The position numbers were made by a program, and so were the translations under genes. Source: Halocafeteria seosinensis (lineage: Eukaryota). Taken from it: a DNA stretch of 64,000 nt. Below are positions 13,101-25,121 of this stretch, piece after piece. The notes under the pieces are model-generated. The model searched no databases. It was not told the DNA's origin and saw only the letters and a list, made by a program, of their open reading frames with translations. Where the stretch lies: positions 124,001-188,000 of the forward strand of contig LVLI01000194.1 in assembly GCA_001687465.1 (NCBI GenBank). The letters run 5' to 3'. Each line of letters opens with the position of its first letter. Within the stretch, counting starts at the first letter, position 1.

Positions 13101-14884
13101 GAAGACTGTGTCCGCTTCTGACAGTATTACTTCGAAGAGAAAAAATCCGTACTCTGATAACGCTTATGTTAGCCGTTGGGATCAATGTCACATTGGCGTT
13201 TGTGACAGTGAAAAATGCTGTGCTACCAGGTCAGATTTTTGAGTCTATCAATGAAGGCAATTGGGAATCTACGTGGAAACTCATCACCCTTGCTACTATT
13301 ATATATTTTGTTGCAGCTGTGCTTGGAGCCGCTGCCCGCTCCGTGGGCAGCGCCATTACAATAATGTGGTATCGAAAGCTTGTTGGAAATGTCAATCAGA
13401 AGCTTTTGGAAGGAAATGCCGCTATTGAGGCCACAGCTCCAAGAAGTGATGTTACTGAAACGTTGTCGGTCGATGATATGAGAAGTTTAGACCAAAGAGT
13501 GATAGCGGACACGTTTGAGATGACACATACTGTGGGCACCATCCTATTTGGAGCGAGAGGACGAATTAGTCTGCTTCAGGTCTTCTTCACGTGCATAACA
13601 CTTTCTGTCAAAGCGTCCCAATACGGCTGGCTTCCGTTGGTTTTGTGCATGACATATACGTTAGTTACAAGTGCCGTGGTCGCTTGGCTTGTGCTACCAA
13701 TTGCTCATTGGGTGTATACCAGGAATACATGGGAAGGACGGTTTCGCACAGTACATACGACGATTCGGGAATATAGTGAACAAATTGCATTCTATTTTGG
13801 GGAAAAGAGAGAATATTATGCTGCCGAAAATACCTTCCGTTCCTTGAAGAGAGTATACCTTCGTTTGATAAATGCGGAGTTTTGGCCAGTACTGGTCGAT
13901 AAGGTGGCAGCTTTATCGGGTACTACTGCTGCATATGGTTTTCTTGCTGTCGGACTAATCGTTACGTCTCAGTTGGGTTCACATGCTGCAAATGCAGGGA
14001 CTATTACCTCAGCAGTTGGTGTTTTAATTTCCCTTAACCTGTACCTGGGATCTTTACCGGATTACTTGACTCATGTAGCCGAGACCTCTGGTCTGGTGTA
14101 CAGAGTGAGTGAATTAATCCAACGTTTGGACCAGCGCGGAAGTAGAGACGATCATGCAATTTTGAAACCTACGGATTCTAAACTTGTTGATGCCACTGAT
14201 TTGGCATGTCGTACCCCTCAAGGGCAAGAAATTCTTCGCAACATCAATTTTTCGGTAGAGGAGGGAGAACCACTCTGGATTCAAGGCTCTACGGGGTGTG
14301 GTAAGAGCTCGTTGCTGCGTTTGCTGGCAGGTATATGGAAATGCGACAGAGGCAAAATATCATGGCATCCGAAACTATCAGAAAGTTCACGGATCCAAGT
14401 TGTCTTTGTGCCCCAACGGCCATATACTTTTAGTGGTTCTCTTAGAGAGAATATCCTGTATCCTGACCATTATGTGCTTGGTAGCCGAAGACGTCAACAT
14501 TGTGGGGAAGTGTTGATTGACATGGGGACAATGGGTCCTTCGGATTTGACTGATTGGCCAGCACATTCTAAGCCGTTTTCCGAAGAACGACTACGCACTG
14601 TTTTGCATCATGTAATGCTGGATACATACTGCCATCGCATGGACGAAGTAGCCGACTGGCCGACACAGCTTAGTCTTGGTGAGCAGCAAAGACTGGCATT
14701 CGCTCGTGTCCTATTACAACAACCAGTGCTCGTCTTTCTTGATGAGGCAACTTCGGCCTTGGATACCGTAGCCGAGCAACAGTGTATGAAGAGCCTATCG
14801 ATGGCTAATATCTCTTATGTGAGCATCGGCCATCGCAATTCTTTGAAGTCTTTCCATACAAAAGTCTTTCGACCTGATGAGTAG
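10146..14884 (+). CDS. Full-size ABC transporter subfamily D (TMD-NBD-TMD-NBD), peroxisomal acyl-CoA importer type
   Basis: Two Walker A (GPSGCGKS, GSTGCGKS), ABCD-type signatures LSVGEQQR and LSLGEQQR, Walker B LDESTSA and LDEATSA, H-loops SVGH and SIGHR, EAA-like motifs EHAESVLFWKG and EYSEQIAFYFG, DQR motifs. A few 5' introns. Confidence 0.9.
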
Positions 14885-14951
14885 TCCAACACTAGATAAC
14901 CAATTAGGCTATATCTTACGGTACATGTGTCTTCAGCCTTTTTAACCTACT

Positions 14952-15342
14952 GACGAGTGTGGTTTATAGTGTGGATAGCAACTGCACCATCGAAGTTACA
15001 TTGGATATCAAAGAGCATTCTAGAGTCCGCACTGACTCGGCTCTTGCCAAGAGCTCCTGGTAAAATATGAGCAAACGTCTCCTCGGTTTCAGAGAGAACA
15101 GGTTTCACAAGGCTTCTCATTTCATTGTAATAGAAACAGATAACTACGGACGAGTGTAGTTTATAGTGTGGATAGCAACTGCACCATCGAAGTTACATTC
15201 GATGTCAAAGAGCATTCTAGAGTCCGCACTGACTTGGCTCTTGCCAAGAGCTCCTGGTAAAATATGAGCAAACGTCTCCTCGGTTTCAGAAAGAGCAGTT
15301 TTCACAAGGCTTCTCATTTCATTGTAATAGAAACAGATAACT
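14952..15342. repeat. Two-copy tandem duplication, period 197 bp
   Basis: gacgagtgt...agataact at 14952-15145 and 15149-15342, about 7 substitutions counted by eye. Confidence 0.95.
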
Positions 15343-15751
15343 TGCAGTTCACACATCGCAATTGATTTTACGCATACGCTGTTTTCCCGAACGACATAGT
15401 TACTCCGGGCTGCCGAACTTCGGTGGTCTCTTAGCGTTGAACCACCGACACTCCATTGGTGTACCTTCGAAGAAGATGCGCTTCAATCAACTTCCTGCTG
15501 AGACCGGTAAGGACACTATGCACGTATAGAAGCGACATTAAGTTGGACGCCCGAATCGGAGAACAATTCGCACGGGCAGAGAGGACTGACCAATGAACGT
15601 GCCATGTACGATGAAGACAATCCAGGAATCCAAATCGGTGGTAATGGTCCTATGGACAGCCCACCAACTGCCTCCAGTAATCAGTTAACCGATCATACGT
15701 GAAATCAGGCAGAGGAAAGAAGGGGAAAAATATGTTACCGTTGCATGGCGT

Positions 15752-17710
15752 TCAGCGTTCGGTGAGAGTCAACGCCATCTCCAATACAGTTTCTGGCAAT
15801 CGTTTTGAGTCTACCTCGATTTGCTCTCCTGTGGTCATATTTTTTACCGATGCGCAGTTATTTCTTATCTCGTCGGTTCCAACAAGAACAAGCAATTGAA
15901 CATTCAAACGATTAGCCACCTGAGCATAAAAGCGCACACAGATACAAACACGTAGTTGTATTTCATACGACTCACTGACACTCACTTTTAGCTGTTTCTG
16001 CACTAGTTCTGTGCTTTCCGAGCATATTATTTCGGTATTGGTAAGTTCTGGACAATCGGAGAGTGTAGAGAGCGCCAACGTTCTAAGTTCTTGAGCAAAA
16101 GAAAACACTGCGGTGTCGACCTCTACAAGCTCAGACTCCGTTGTTTGGCGGTGTTTTACCCCTGCTACGAATATCACGGGACGAGATGACTGACAGAGGT
16201 CTTGATGGCATAATAGTCTCAGACGATCAGTTCCAGCAGCCCAACCTGCGAGAAACAGAACAGAAGACGAGTGTATGGAGAGTCGGGATCCCCGAAACAG
16301 CATGTCAGCTTACCGATTCCTCCTAGGGGAGGACCCTTCTCGGAGCCTCCTGCAGAAAGTTCATACCTCCCTCCGGCTAGCACAGTATTTGCCTTTCCAA
16401 GGAGGTTTCCCTCCACACACTCTCTCTCAGTGAACTCGAACACTGTTTCGGAGTAGTAGTCCTGCAGAATAAGAATCTATCTGTAAAGCCTGAGAATGCA
16501 ATCCGTCATATTAGAGAACCTACTAATCCTCTAACTAGTTGAGAATCGACTCTTATCGGAATGTCTAACGAAGCCTCAATTAGCTTGTGAACATATTCGA
16601 ATCTGTCCCTAGAGTCTTTTGACAAAAACTGATCGAGAGTTGGAGCATTACGCAAGACTCTTTGATCTGCTTCACTCTTCGAATCGACAATCCGTAAGAC
16701 TTTACCATCAGTCAATCTGCCTAAACTACATAAAACGTGATTTGCGCACCATTCATTTCTGAAATCCCTCTCACACTTACCTTCTTTGAGAGTCTTCCGA
16801 TAGCAGGTGCTCTCTAGGGGCCAAGAATTCCTTGAGGCAATTCTCGTACTGCTCGCGGGAACAGGAATCACCGAGAGAATTGATCCTGAGTTCCACCGAT
16901 TCTGTCAGCCCCATTTCGTTGAGACACATGTAGGCGGAGGAGATGGACTCAGCATCCATGCTAGGCTGCTGCGTTCCTAAAATCTCCACTCCTGGGAAAC
17001 CAACGCAATAATCTCAGCGAAGCAGGTGCAAAGTACGATGACGGCGTTCTTACCGAACTGATTAAATTGACGATACCGGCCCTTTTGCGGTCGCTCGTAA
17101 CGGAACATCGGACCATTGTAATACAATTTCAGTGGCTTCGTTTCAGTGAACAAGCGGTTCCCCACCATTGCTGCTCGTGCTATAGCTGAATATACCAGGA
17201 ACAGCCAATCGCCGTCGCCCCGAATGTACAGAGTGAGTCAGGTTGGTTCTAGTGCTTTACGGTACATGCAGGTACATACATGCTGTATTTTCTGGTCTCA
17301 AAGATAATGACTCCCCGGAACGCGACGAGAACGTATACATTTCCTGCAGCGTAGTCAGCCATACAGTAGGAGGTCCTCAACCCGTGAGAGATTCTAGAGA
17401 GCCAAACTATCTGGGAAGAGTCCTTCCGATGCGCGCCGTACCTTGTTCACGACATCTGAATCAGTCCCTAAAGTGCTCGTGAAGACATCTGTGAATTCCA
17501 CGACGGGGGTCTCAATCTGTCCGACAGTTTAAACGCACGGTTATGGACGCCCAAATTAACTCATCCAGGGAATACACATACTGGTCGAAATCCACATAGT
17601 TTGACAACTTTCTCCATGGTCCTCTCTATGGCCTGTCTTTGCCGAAGTTCGTCTGGCCAGTAGTCCTTCATCCCCCGGACTGGTTGGCACCGACGTAAAG
17701 CTGCATTCAT
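15752..17710 (-). CDS. hisS: Histidyl-tRNA synthetase, bacterial/organellar type, multi-exon
   Basis: [73 protein letters not shown] and a C-terminal anticodon-binding domain ([18 protein letters not shown]). Confidence 0.92.
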
Positions 17711-18132
17711 TGTACCTAGCCCTACTACTACCAATATGACTTCTACATGTACGTCAACAAATTGACAGTCAATCCGTGGGCGTCATGAGTGGTGATGTAC
17801 TCAGTCTAGATTGCGTTTGTGAAGCTGCTACAAGTCACCTACCATTCACTGAAAGGGCATGCTTACAATACAGATTGCATTCGGAATGTGTGAACACAGG
17901 TCGGATACCAGGTGAACCGTAGTTTGGTGTGTGCGTGTTTCGGGTGGTTGTGTATGGATCTTCTGGACAGTACCACCGGAAGATTTCTGGGTAGCTTACG
18001 GGGTGTTGCTGTATGTTGTCTACTCTATGGCTTGATTCGTTGCTCTCACAATTTTGTTTCTCTTGAGAATCCTTCTTAGTTCCGTCTTCTGATGTCTCCT
18101 CCCGTTTTATCCGAATGCGTATTGGGGTTGTC

Positions 18133-18960
18133 CTATTCGTTGGCTTCCGGATGGAGATACGCACGTGATTCAGCCGCGCGGGCCGCAGTCGCACAATACG
18201 GACATCGATCCAGGTATGCTTGCGTTGGGTTTTTGCAGTGTTGGCACACAACCATTTGGCCGCAGTCCCACAAAAAAATGTGCATCCGTTGACGCGTTTC
18301 GAAGCAGACGATGCACACGCGTTCGGGAAAGGGTGTGTCCCGTGGACATTGTGACCGCCCTCCTCCTCTTCAGTGTGAGACGACGGTCGCGCTGTCTGGT
18401 GTCGGCGATGAGAGTACAAGTTCGGTTTGGTCCTCCCGACCGTTGCGTACACGACTCCAAATTGCGTCCCCAGGGATGACAACATCTTCCTTGAAGCAGA
18501 TGCGCGGAAACCCGCAAGTGTAAAATCATAACCAGGACCACTTGTCGCGACAGTACAAGTAGCAAAACACCAAATATATGATCATATATCCTCCAAATAT
18601 GCTACCACAAAACAAAGTATCCAGCAACTCATCGTTGTCCTCTTCCTCATTTCGAAGCGCGTCGTTGAGAAAAAGACATCCGGCAAAGTATCCGCCCAGA
18701 AGCGAGAACGTGGTTGCTTGCACACCGTAGACTTTAAACAGGGAGGCATCTGTGTACGGGACAGCACGAATCCAGCTCTTGGGGCAGCACGCCACACAGA
18801 CGAGGACTAACGAAGCCCACAGAGCAGTCGCAACAACTCAACCATGGCGTGGAAAGGCGTTTACAAGCAAGCGCCAGTACCACGGTCGGTAGACCTGTCA
18901 CGAAAACAAACAGCACGAATTCTATCCATACTCCGTGGCAAAAACAAAGACGGAGCACAT
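18133..18960 (-). pseudogene. Disrupted gene for a multi-TM protein with a C-terminal C3HC4-type RING finger
   Basis: One frame runs from hydrophobic segments (VVATALWASLVLVCVACC, IFGGYMIIYLVFCYLYC) to CIVC...CGQMVVCQHC...CPYC but has TGA at 18528-18526 and 18372-18370, a probable frameshift near 18840, and the RING His replaced by Gln. Confidence 0.55.
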
Positions 18961-19281
18961 TGCGGCATCGACGTGCCCGTCGACCCTAAGGTGTTAGATT
19001 AGTTAAAAATATAAAAGAAGTTATTGAAGAAATATCTTACGTAATGGGTATTTGTGTGGTTGCCTTCGGATTCCGGGCTCCAAGCCGGGACGACAAACAA
19101 TTCGTTGCCTTCACGGACGACTTTTCCGTCGGCTGACACCGCTTCTTTGGAGGCTAGTATGAAGTGATTTAGGAGTGAATTGTCCCTACCTCTTTGGATA
19201 GATCGATAGGAAATTGTCTTCCCTCTATGCTGCAGTGATCGGATTAGTGTATAACCTTATAGAAAAGGAGTAGGAAGCAAA

Positions 19282-21658
19282 ATGCTCGGAGCGTTTGTCG
19301 TCGCAACTTCGTCTGAATCGGAAGACGATTCAGCCTCTATGGAGATAGAAATCGACGCATGGACAGGAGGGATTTTCCTCTTGGTCGTAGCTCTCGTTGT
19401 TATATGGTTTCTGAAGCCAAAGCCCCCGGAGACGAACAACGAATCGGCGCTGGATGCGCAGCGCAACCGAATGTAAGTGCTTGCTTACGTCAGCCGTGCG
19501 TAGGCGTATACGCGGTCTCTGATTGCATTCTTGGTCAATTTTGGTTGTCATGTGGAATTAAATATACGCCCACAGGTCTAGTACGGGGAGCGAGCTTGAC
19601 CATGATGACGGGACGGAACGAGTAAGTGCATCTCTGGCGCAGTATGCACCCTGAGATGTATATGATTCTGAGTCTGGTTCACCCTCTCTTTGGACACAGA
19701 CACCGATATCCATTTACTATGGGTCTCAGACGGGAACGGCGGAGGGCTTTGCGAAGACACTGTCGAAAGAAGCAAAACGGCATGGATTCAAGGGTCAGCC
19801 TGTAGATTTGGACGAATTTGACCCGGAGAAACTAAAGCAAGAAAACGCCGCGATATTCCTTATGGCAACATACGGGGAGGGTGATCCTACGGATAATGCC
19901 ATGACGTTCCATTCCTGGCTCATTGACAAAAAAGGGGATCTTCAAGGAAATGAATTGGAAAACTTCAACTTCTGTGTGTTTGGTTTGGGAAATCGCCAGT
20001 ACGAGCACTTTAACCAAATGGGCAAAGTTGTGGACCGACGGTTGGAAGAATTGGGAGGAACAAGGCTGTATGAGCGTGGAGAAGGTGATGATGATGGAGA
20101 TATTGAGGAAGACTTTGAGTCGTGGAAAGCAGAAATGTGGAACGCCCTTGTAGATAAACTTAGGGGGGGTGACGAAGCGGACAAAGGAGAGGAAGAAGAC
20201 AATGCAGGTGGCTTACCGCCACTCCCTGAGCAAGAATGGAAAGTGGTTCGTATTCCACCTCCGAAACCGCTGCCCGTGGGATATCCGGCAGATCCGTCGG
20301 AGGACACGAAATCATCGAATAGCTCATCCTTGGAAGTGCACAAAATTGATTTGTCCTCCAGGCACTACTTTACTTCGTACGACGCAAAAGTCCTTTCGAA
20401 TAAGGAACTGCGGCAGCAGCCGACCGAAGAATCATCTACGAAGCATTTAGAGATCTGCATTAAGAATTTACCAGTCGAATACGATACAGCAGATAATCTT
20501 GGCGTTCTACCCGAAAATTCTCCAGAAGTCGTCGAGAATCTTTGCCAGTGGATAGACTTGGACCCAGACCAATGGATAAAATTAGAACCAGCAGGATCTG
20601 GTGAAGAGGCGGAACAGCGTGCGAAACGACCGATATTTCCGACTCCGTGCACTGTGCGCACCGCTCTACTCCGATACTGTGACCTACATGGACCTCCCCG
20701 GAAGAATCTCCTGGGGAAGTTGGGCCATTTTGCAACGAAATCATCTGACAAGTCCGCTTTGGCAGAATTGGCGTCGTCAGCAGGGAAGCACGCTTTTCAT
20801 GATTATGTCCATGGGCAGCAGAAGAGTGTATGGGAAGTTTTCCAGGATTTTCCAAGTATTCGTATACCTTTGAATCCCCTTCTTGAGTATCTTCCGCGAC
20901 TACAGCCTCGGTATTACACCATAGCGAGTTCATCTAAGGTTCACCCTGAGCGAATTCACCTTGCGGTTTCTATGATTCATTCGGAAAAGCCTGGATCTGA
21001 CCCCTCGAGGGTATTGAAAGGTGTATGCTCAACATATATGGCGAATCAGCAACCTCCACCTACGCAAAATGGGAAGCGGTTGGACGCACCGGTTCAGAAT
21101 GGGAAACACAAGAAGAGTGAAGGAGAGAGGAAGGCATGGCCTACGATGAAGATTTTTGTTAGGCCATCGACCTTCTCGTTACCAGATGACCCTTCTCGAC
21201 CGGTAATCATGATTGGCCCTGGAACAGGCATAGCTCCAATGCGCGCGTTTTTACAGGAGCGTCGATATCAACGACTGCAGAACGGAGCTACAGTGGGTCC
21301 TACGGTTTTATTCTTCGGATGTCGGCGCCGCGATGAAGACTTCATTTACAAAGACGAGTTGGAAGAATTCTACGGGGACGGAACGCTAACGCATTTTTAT
21401 CGAGCGTTTAGTAGAGAAGGAAAAGAAAAAGTGTATGTTCAGCACTTGTTAGAACAGCACGGAGGAGCCATGTGGCCCTTAATCCACGACCAACGGGGAC
21501 ACGTATACGTCTGTGGGGCCACTTCGATGGGTCATGATGTTCATGCCACTCTGGAGAGGATTGTGGAGCAACATGGCAATCGCTCTACTGAGGAAGCAAA
21601 ACAGTATGTCAAGGAATTGGCCAACAATGGTAGATATATCCAAGAGTTGTGGTCATGA
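19282..21658 (+). CDS. POR: NADPH-cytochrome P450 reductase
   Basis: N-terminal TM anchor; FMN motifs YYGSQTGTAEGFA, ATYGEGDPTDNA, FGLGNRQYEHFN; FAD/NADPH motifs LQPRYYTIASS, GVCSTY, MIGPGTGIAPMR, FFGCR, KVYVQH, YVCG; C-terminus QELWS. Confidence 0.95.
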
Positions 21659-21845
21659 ACGCATGAAAAGTACCTCCAAAGCGGTAATTTTAGTTGGCTG
21701 CGAGTGTATGATATATCCATACACCCATTGCATGTGTAGATTAATAGAATTCACCTGAAAGTGTCTTTTTGAGTACTACTTCATGGTTTAGAAGCCTGTC
21801 CTTTGATCCAATATACTGTGGTACCTTAACTTTTTACTCTTCGCC

Positions 21846-23507
21846 CTATGTTGTCCGTTTTTCTCCAAGCGCAACGTAGGCAGACAACGCTTCACTGGAT
21901 GTGACTGTTGTATCGGCCTGCGTGTCCTGGAAATATAACAAAGAACTCAAAGGATCAGGACCGGGTAGTCGAAAAGGCCCTGCCGTTTCAATAAAATGCC
22001 TTGCTTCATTGAATGCGGTAAGGAATGAGTCGGCATTCTGAGACCATTTTTCGTTGCTTGCGTTTAATGCCTCATCTCCAACTATCTCCAAACTTCCCGG
22101 GAGATCGCCAAAGAATGGGGGCGCTACATTGTATTTGTTGATCCACCAAGAGTACACATCTAGTCTAGGACCATCTGCGGCTATTCCAGCAGGAGGGGGA
22201 GCCGAGAATATGGCAAAGATCCAGGCATATTTTCGCAGGAGGGCGCTATCGGACAAATCCGGAGCAACCAGTTGTGACCCTGCGGTAGTATTCGTCCAGC
22301 CTTTTTGAGCTAGCGCTGTCGTACTTGCATTGCCCTCCTCTTGTGTCGTTTTTCGAGTAGTACATTTTCTGGAGAACGAAGCCGACGACTGCAGCGTCAA
22401 GGTGTCTGCAATTCTAATGAGGGATCCATCTGTGTGTAGACTCTCATCCTCCGGTGCCTGTGGTGTTGTGGAAGAAGCAAAATGAGTTAGAGGTGTAGGT
22501 TTCATGTCCCCGCCTGCCACTCGCTTCCGAGAGAACCGATTCCAAATAAATTCACCAGAGCGAACTAGGGATGTCTTTTGGTTGTCCGCATATGAGTGGT
22601 AAAGCTGACTGAATTCATACCTTAGCGGATAAAGCTGAGAGGACGATGATACGACCAGAACGCGTTTTCCTGCATCCAAAGAAAGCTCATGCACGATTCT
22701 CGAGAGATACTTTGCTCTCACCGAGTTCAAGAGAGGAGAAAACTTCAGCATTCTCATGAACTCTTGCGGGGCACGATTCGCAAGTTGTCGAAAGTGCTTA
22801 GTGGTGGCGGCGTGAATTAGTGCCCCTAACTGCATGAAATTTAGCGTTCTAACTAAAAAGCCAAACATCCTCGATGTAGGCAAGTCTCCAATAATGACTC
22901 TAGATTCATAACCTAAGCTCCTCGAGTTCAAATGAGTATTCACTAACGCGGTAAGCCTTTCGCAGTACAAATCGGCGTCCGCATTCCAGCGGACTAATTT
23001 CCCCGTCGTTGTTTCACTTTCTATTGTATCCGAGCAAACTGGTCCAGACGCCATAAGCTCGAGATCTTCCGGGTCCATCGTGATATCGCTTAACGTAGCT
23101 GGTTGAGGCGATACCAAATATAAGTCTTTCCATTTTGTGCCATTTAAATTCTCCGTGTTGCCCAAGTCCTTGCCCCATTCTAGTTCCGAGTCATACTTGT
23201 TGAGTGACCTCATATAGCAGGAGTTATCTGGCCTATCTTCCACCACCACATAGTCAGGCGAAAACTCGACCACAGCTCGAGCGACAGCTTCTGAAGTAGA
23301 TCTGTAGCCGGGAGCCCCACAGATGACTCGGGTGTTTTTGGTTAACTGCAGTATATGCGGCGCATACGGCAGATGGCGCGCCCGTTCCACTTGGCCGAGT
23401 AAGGGGCCTTTAGGCCCCTTATCTCGTGTGAATAAGGTGTTCTTGGGTCTCTTTAAATACTGTTTTTGGGCTTGTTGAAACCAGTGTCTGGAACTCTGCT
23501 GGCCCAT
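21846..23507 (-). CDS. Divergent TraB/TRABD-like protein, probably catalytically degenerate
   Basis: 553-aa intronless ORF. RVICGAPG..TSEAVARAVVEFSPDYVVVE, RVIIGDLP and PLLNSVRAKYL..KRVLVV follow the TraB motif order. Confidence 0.5.
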   Translation of the reverse strand: MGQQSSRHWFQQAQKQYLKRPKNTLFTRDKGPKGPLLGQVERARHLPYAPHILQLTKNTRVICGAPGYRSTSEAVARAVVEFSPDYVVVEDRPDNSCYMRSLNKYDSELEWGKDLGNTENLNGTKWKDLYLVSPQPATLSDITMDPEDLELMASGPVCSDTIESETTTGKLVRWNADADLYCERLTALVNTHLNSRSLGYESRVIIGDLPTSRMFGFLVRTLNFMQLGALIHAATTKHFRQLANRAPQEFMRMLKFSPLLNSVRAKYLSRIVHELSLDAGKRVLVVSSSSQLYPLRYEFSQLYHSYADNQKTSLVRSGEFIWNRFSRKRVAGGDMKPTPLTHFASSTTPQAPEDESLHTDGSLIRIADTLTLQSSASFSRKCTTRKTTQEEGNASTTALAQKGWTNTTAGSQLVAPDLSDSALLRKYAWIFAIFSAPPPAGIAADGPRLDVYSWWINKYNVAPPFFGDLPGSLEIVGDEALNASNEKWSQNADSFLTAFNEARHFIETAGPFRLPGPDPLSSLLYFQDTQADTTVTSSEALSAYVALGEKRTT

Positions 23508-23574
23508 TCTCGGCTTATATCATACACAATGCTTAATGAATTGTTTGTACATGATTACTTATCTAACTAACAAG

Positions 23575-24518
23575 ATGGCGCTCATACCGTTTAGCTATAA
23601 CAATCCCTATACGGACACATTGAGGCTGTCGGAAAGACTCTTTGATATTCATCACCCATGTTCACAGCAGCAACCGGGGTCTAATGAGGCGACAGAGATG
23701 ACGACGACGACATTACGCATCAAACAGGACTATAAAGAAGACGGAAAAGGTGGGACGAAATTAGGCTTTGGAGCGTCGGTGTACAACTCGGCGGTGGCAC
23801 TTGCCAAATACCTCGAACAGAATCCGTACGTCGACGATATAATAGGTGATTATTATACTCTGCAGCAAGCTGGAAAACTGCGGTATACACAGGTATTTAG
23901 TTCGAGGCAAACGAGTGCTGGAGTTAGGTGCTGGTCTGGGTATGACTTCCATCGCAGCCAGTCTATTAGGAGCGTCGACAGTCATTGTCACAGACGGCGA
24001 TGACGAATTATTGGACGGGAAAACAAAAGAGAACGTCCACCTCAATCTTGGAGACGAGTCCCTACAAGATGGCCGAATCCAGATTTCTAGACTTTATTGG
24101 TATGTGTCACATACTATATGTCACTGACAACCGTAGCAACCATTTGAATTACTCTCTCTCTTCCTTTTGGCACACCCATTCCAGGGGAGAAAAGGACGAT
24201 ATATCCCGATTCCGAAACAAGCAGGACATAGTTATTGCGGCCGATGTCGCTGCGCTTCCATATGAACATGCGTATAGAGAGTTGCTGCATACGTGCCGTG
24301 ACTTATGCTACCCTCATAGCAGCAATTCTGAGTTCCCTGATATGCTACTCGCCTATCGTAGGCGACACTATACAGAAACACAATTCTTTGATCAGTTAGA
24401 AAAGTCCTTCCACATAAAAAGGGTGCCACAGGAATGTATGCACGCTGACTTTCGTGATGGCACCCTAGATATCATGCAGTGCTGGTTAAGGCGAGAAGGG
24501 ACCACTTCCCGTTCCTAG
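23575..24518 (+). CDS. METTL21/Methyltransf_16-type seven-beta-strand lysine methyltransferase
   Basis: GFGASVYNSAVALAKYL, GKRVLELGAGLG, VIVTDGD, DIVIAADV, LLAYRRRH; two introns. Confidence 0.88.
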
Positions 24519-24595
24519 AATACACTATGCTCAGAATGCTACCATCTTCCATTGTCGTTAAGCCAACCCATCCATGTTGATATAAACCAAGGAGT

Positions 24596-25004
24596 TTACT
24601 TCTTCTTGTCTGCTTCCGCTTGTTGGGATGCCTCGAATGCCCACATCTCATGCACGAACCTGCAGCACTTAATTGCGCATTGCAAGGAAAGGCGATGACA
24701 CGCACCCCAAAGACAAAACATACCAGTTCACTGAGGCTAACAGGCCGATTCCAAGTCCTCCCAATGCGTAGACGTGGATATTACCGTAGCCGATGAGAAT
24801 TGTAAAGACGAGGCACAAGAGCATGCCTACTGTCGCAATGTTGATCACCAGGAGCAGTCCCGGGGCTGTCCCTGGAGTAATGATGCTGTCCCAGATTCTC
24901 TCCCCCAAGTTGGCTACCGAATGAAGCGACGATTCCTGCTGCTTGCCGGCTTCAGTGCGCACTTGCTGGTGTTGCTGCTGATCTCCTTCCTTGGTCGAAG
25001 ACAT
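24596..25004 (-). CDS. PKR1: Pkr1-like ER V-ATPase assembly factor
   Basis: IWDSIITPGTAP followed by two TM helices with NIH..L..GL..SVNWF; one intron; ends ADKKK. Confidence 0.75.
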
Positions 25005-25121
25005 TTTGTTAGGATTAGATGAGTTGTCAAGATTTCCAGTTTCCCTTTTCATACAGTATAAAATTCCTCCCAACACTATTGTAAGGATGCTGTAACTAAC
25101 AAGACCTGAGAAATTTACGTC

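Noticed and set aside
15400..15746. Small spliced minus-strand ORF (MQRWWAVHRT...) with a possible TGA read-through or selenocysteine
   Set aside because: The ATG lies 6 nt after the HisRS stop on the same strand, no family is recognisable, and no SECIS was identified.
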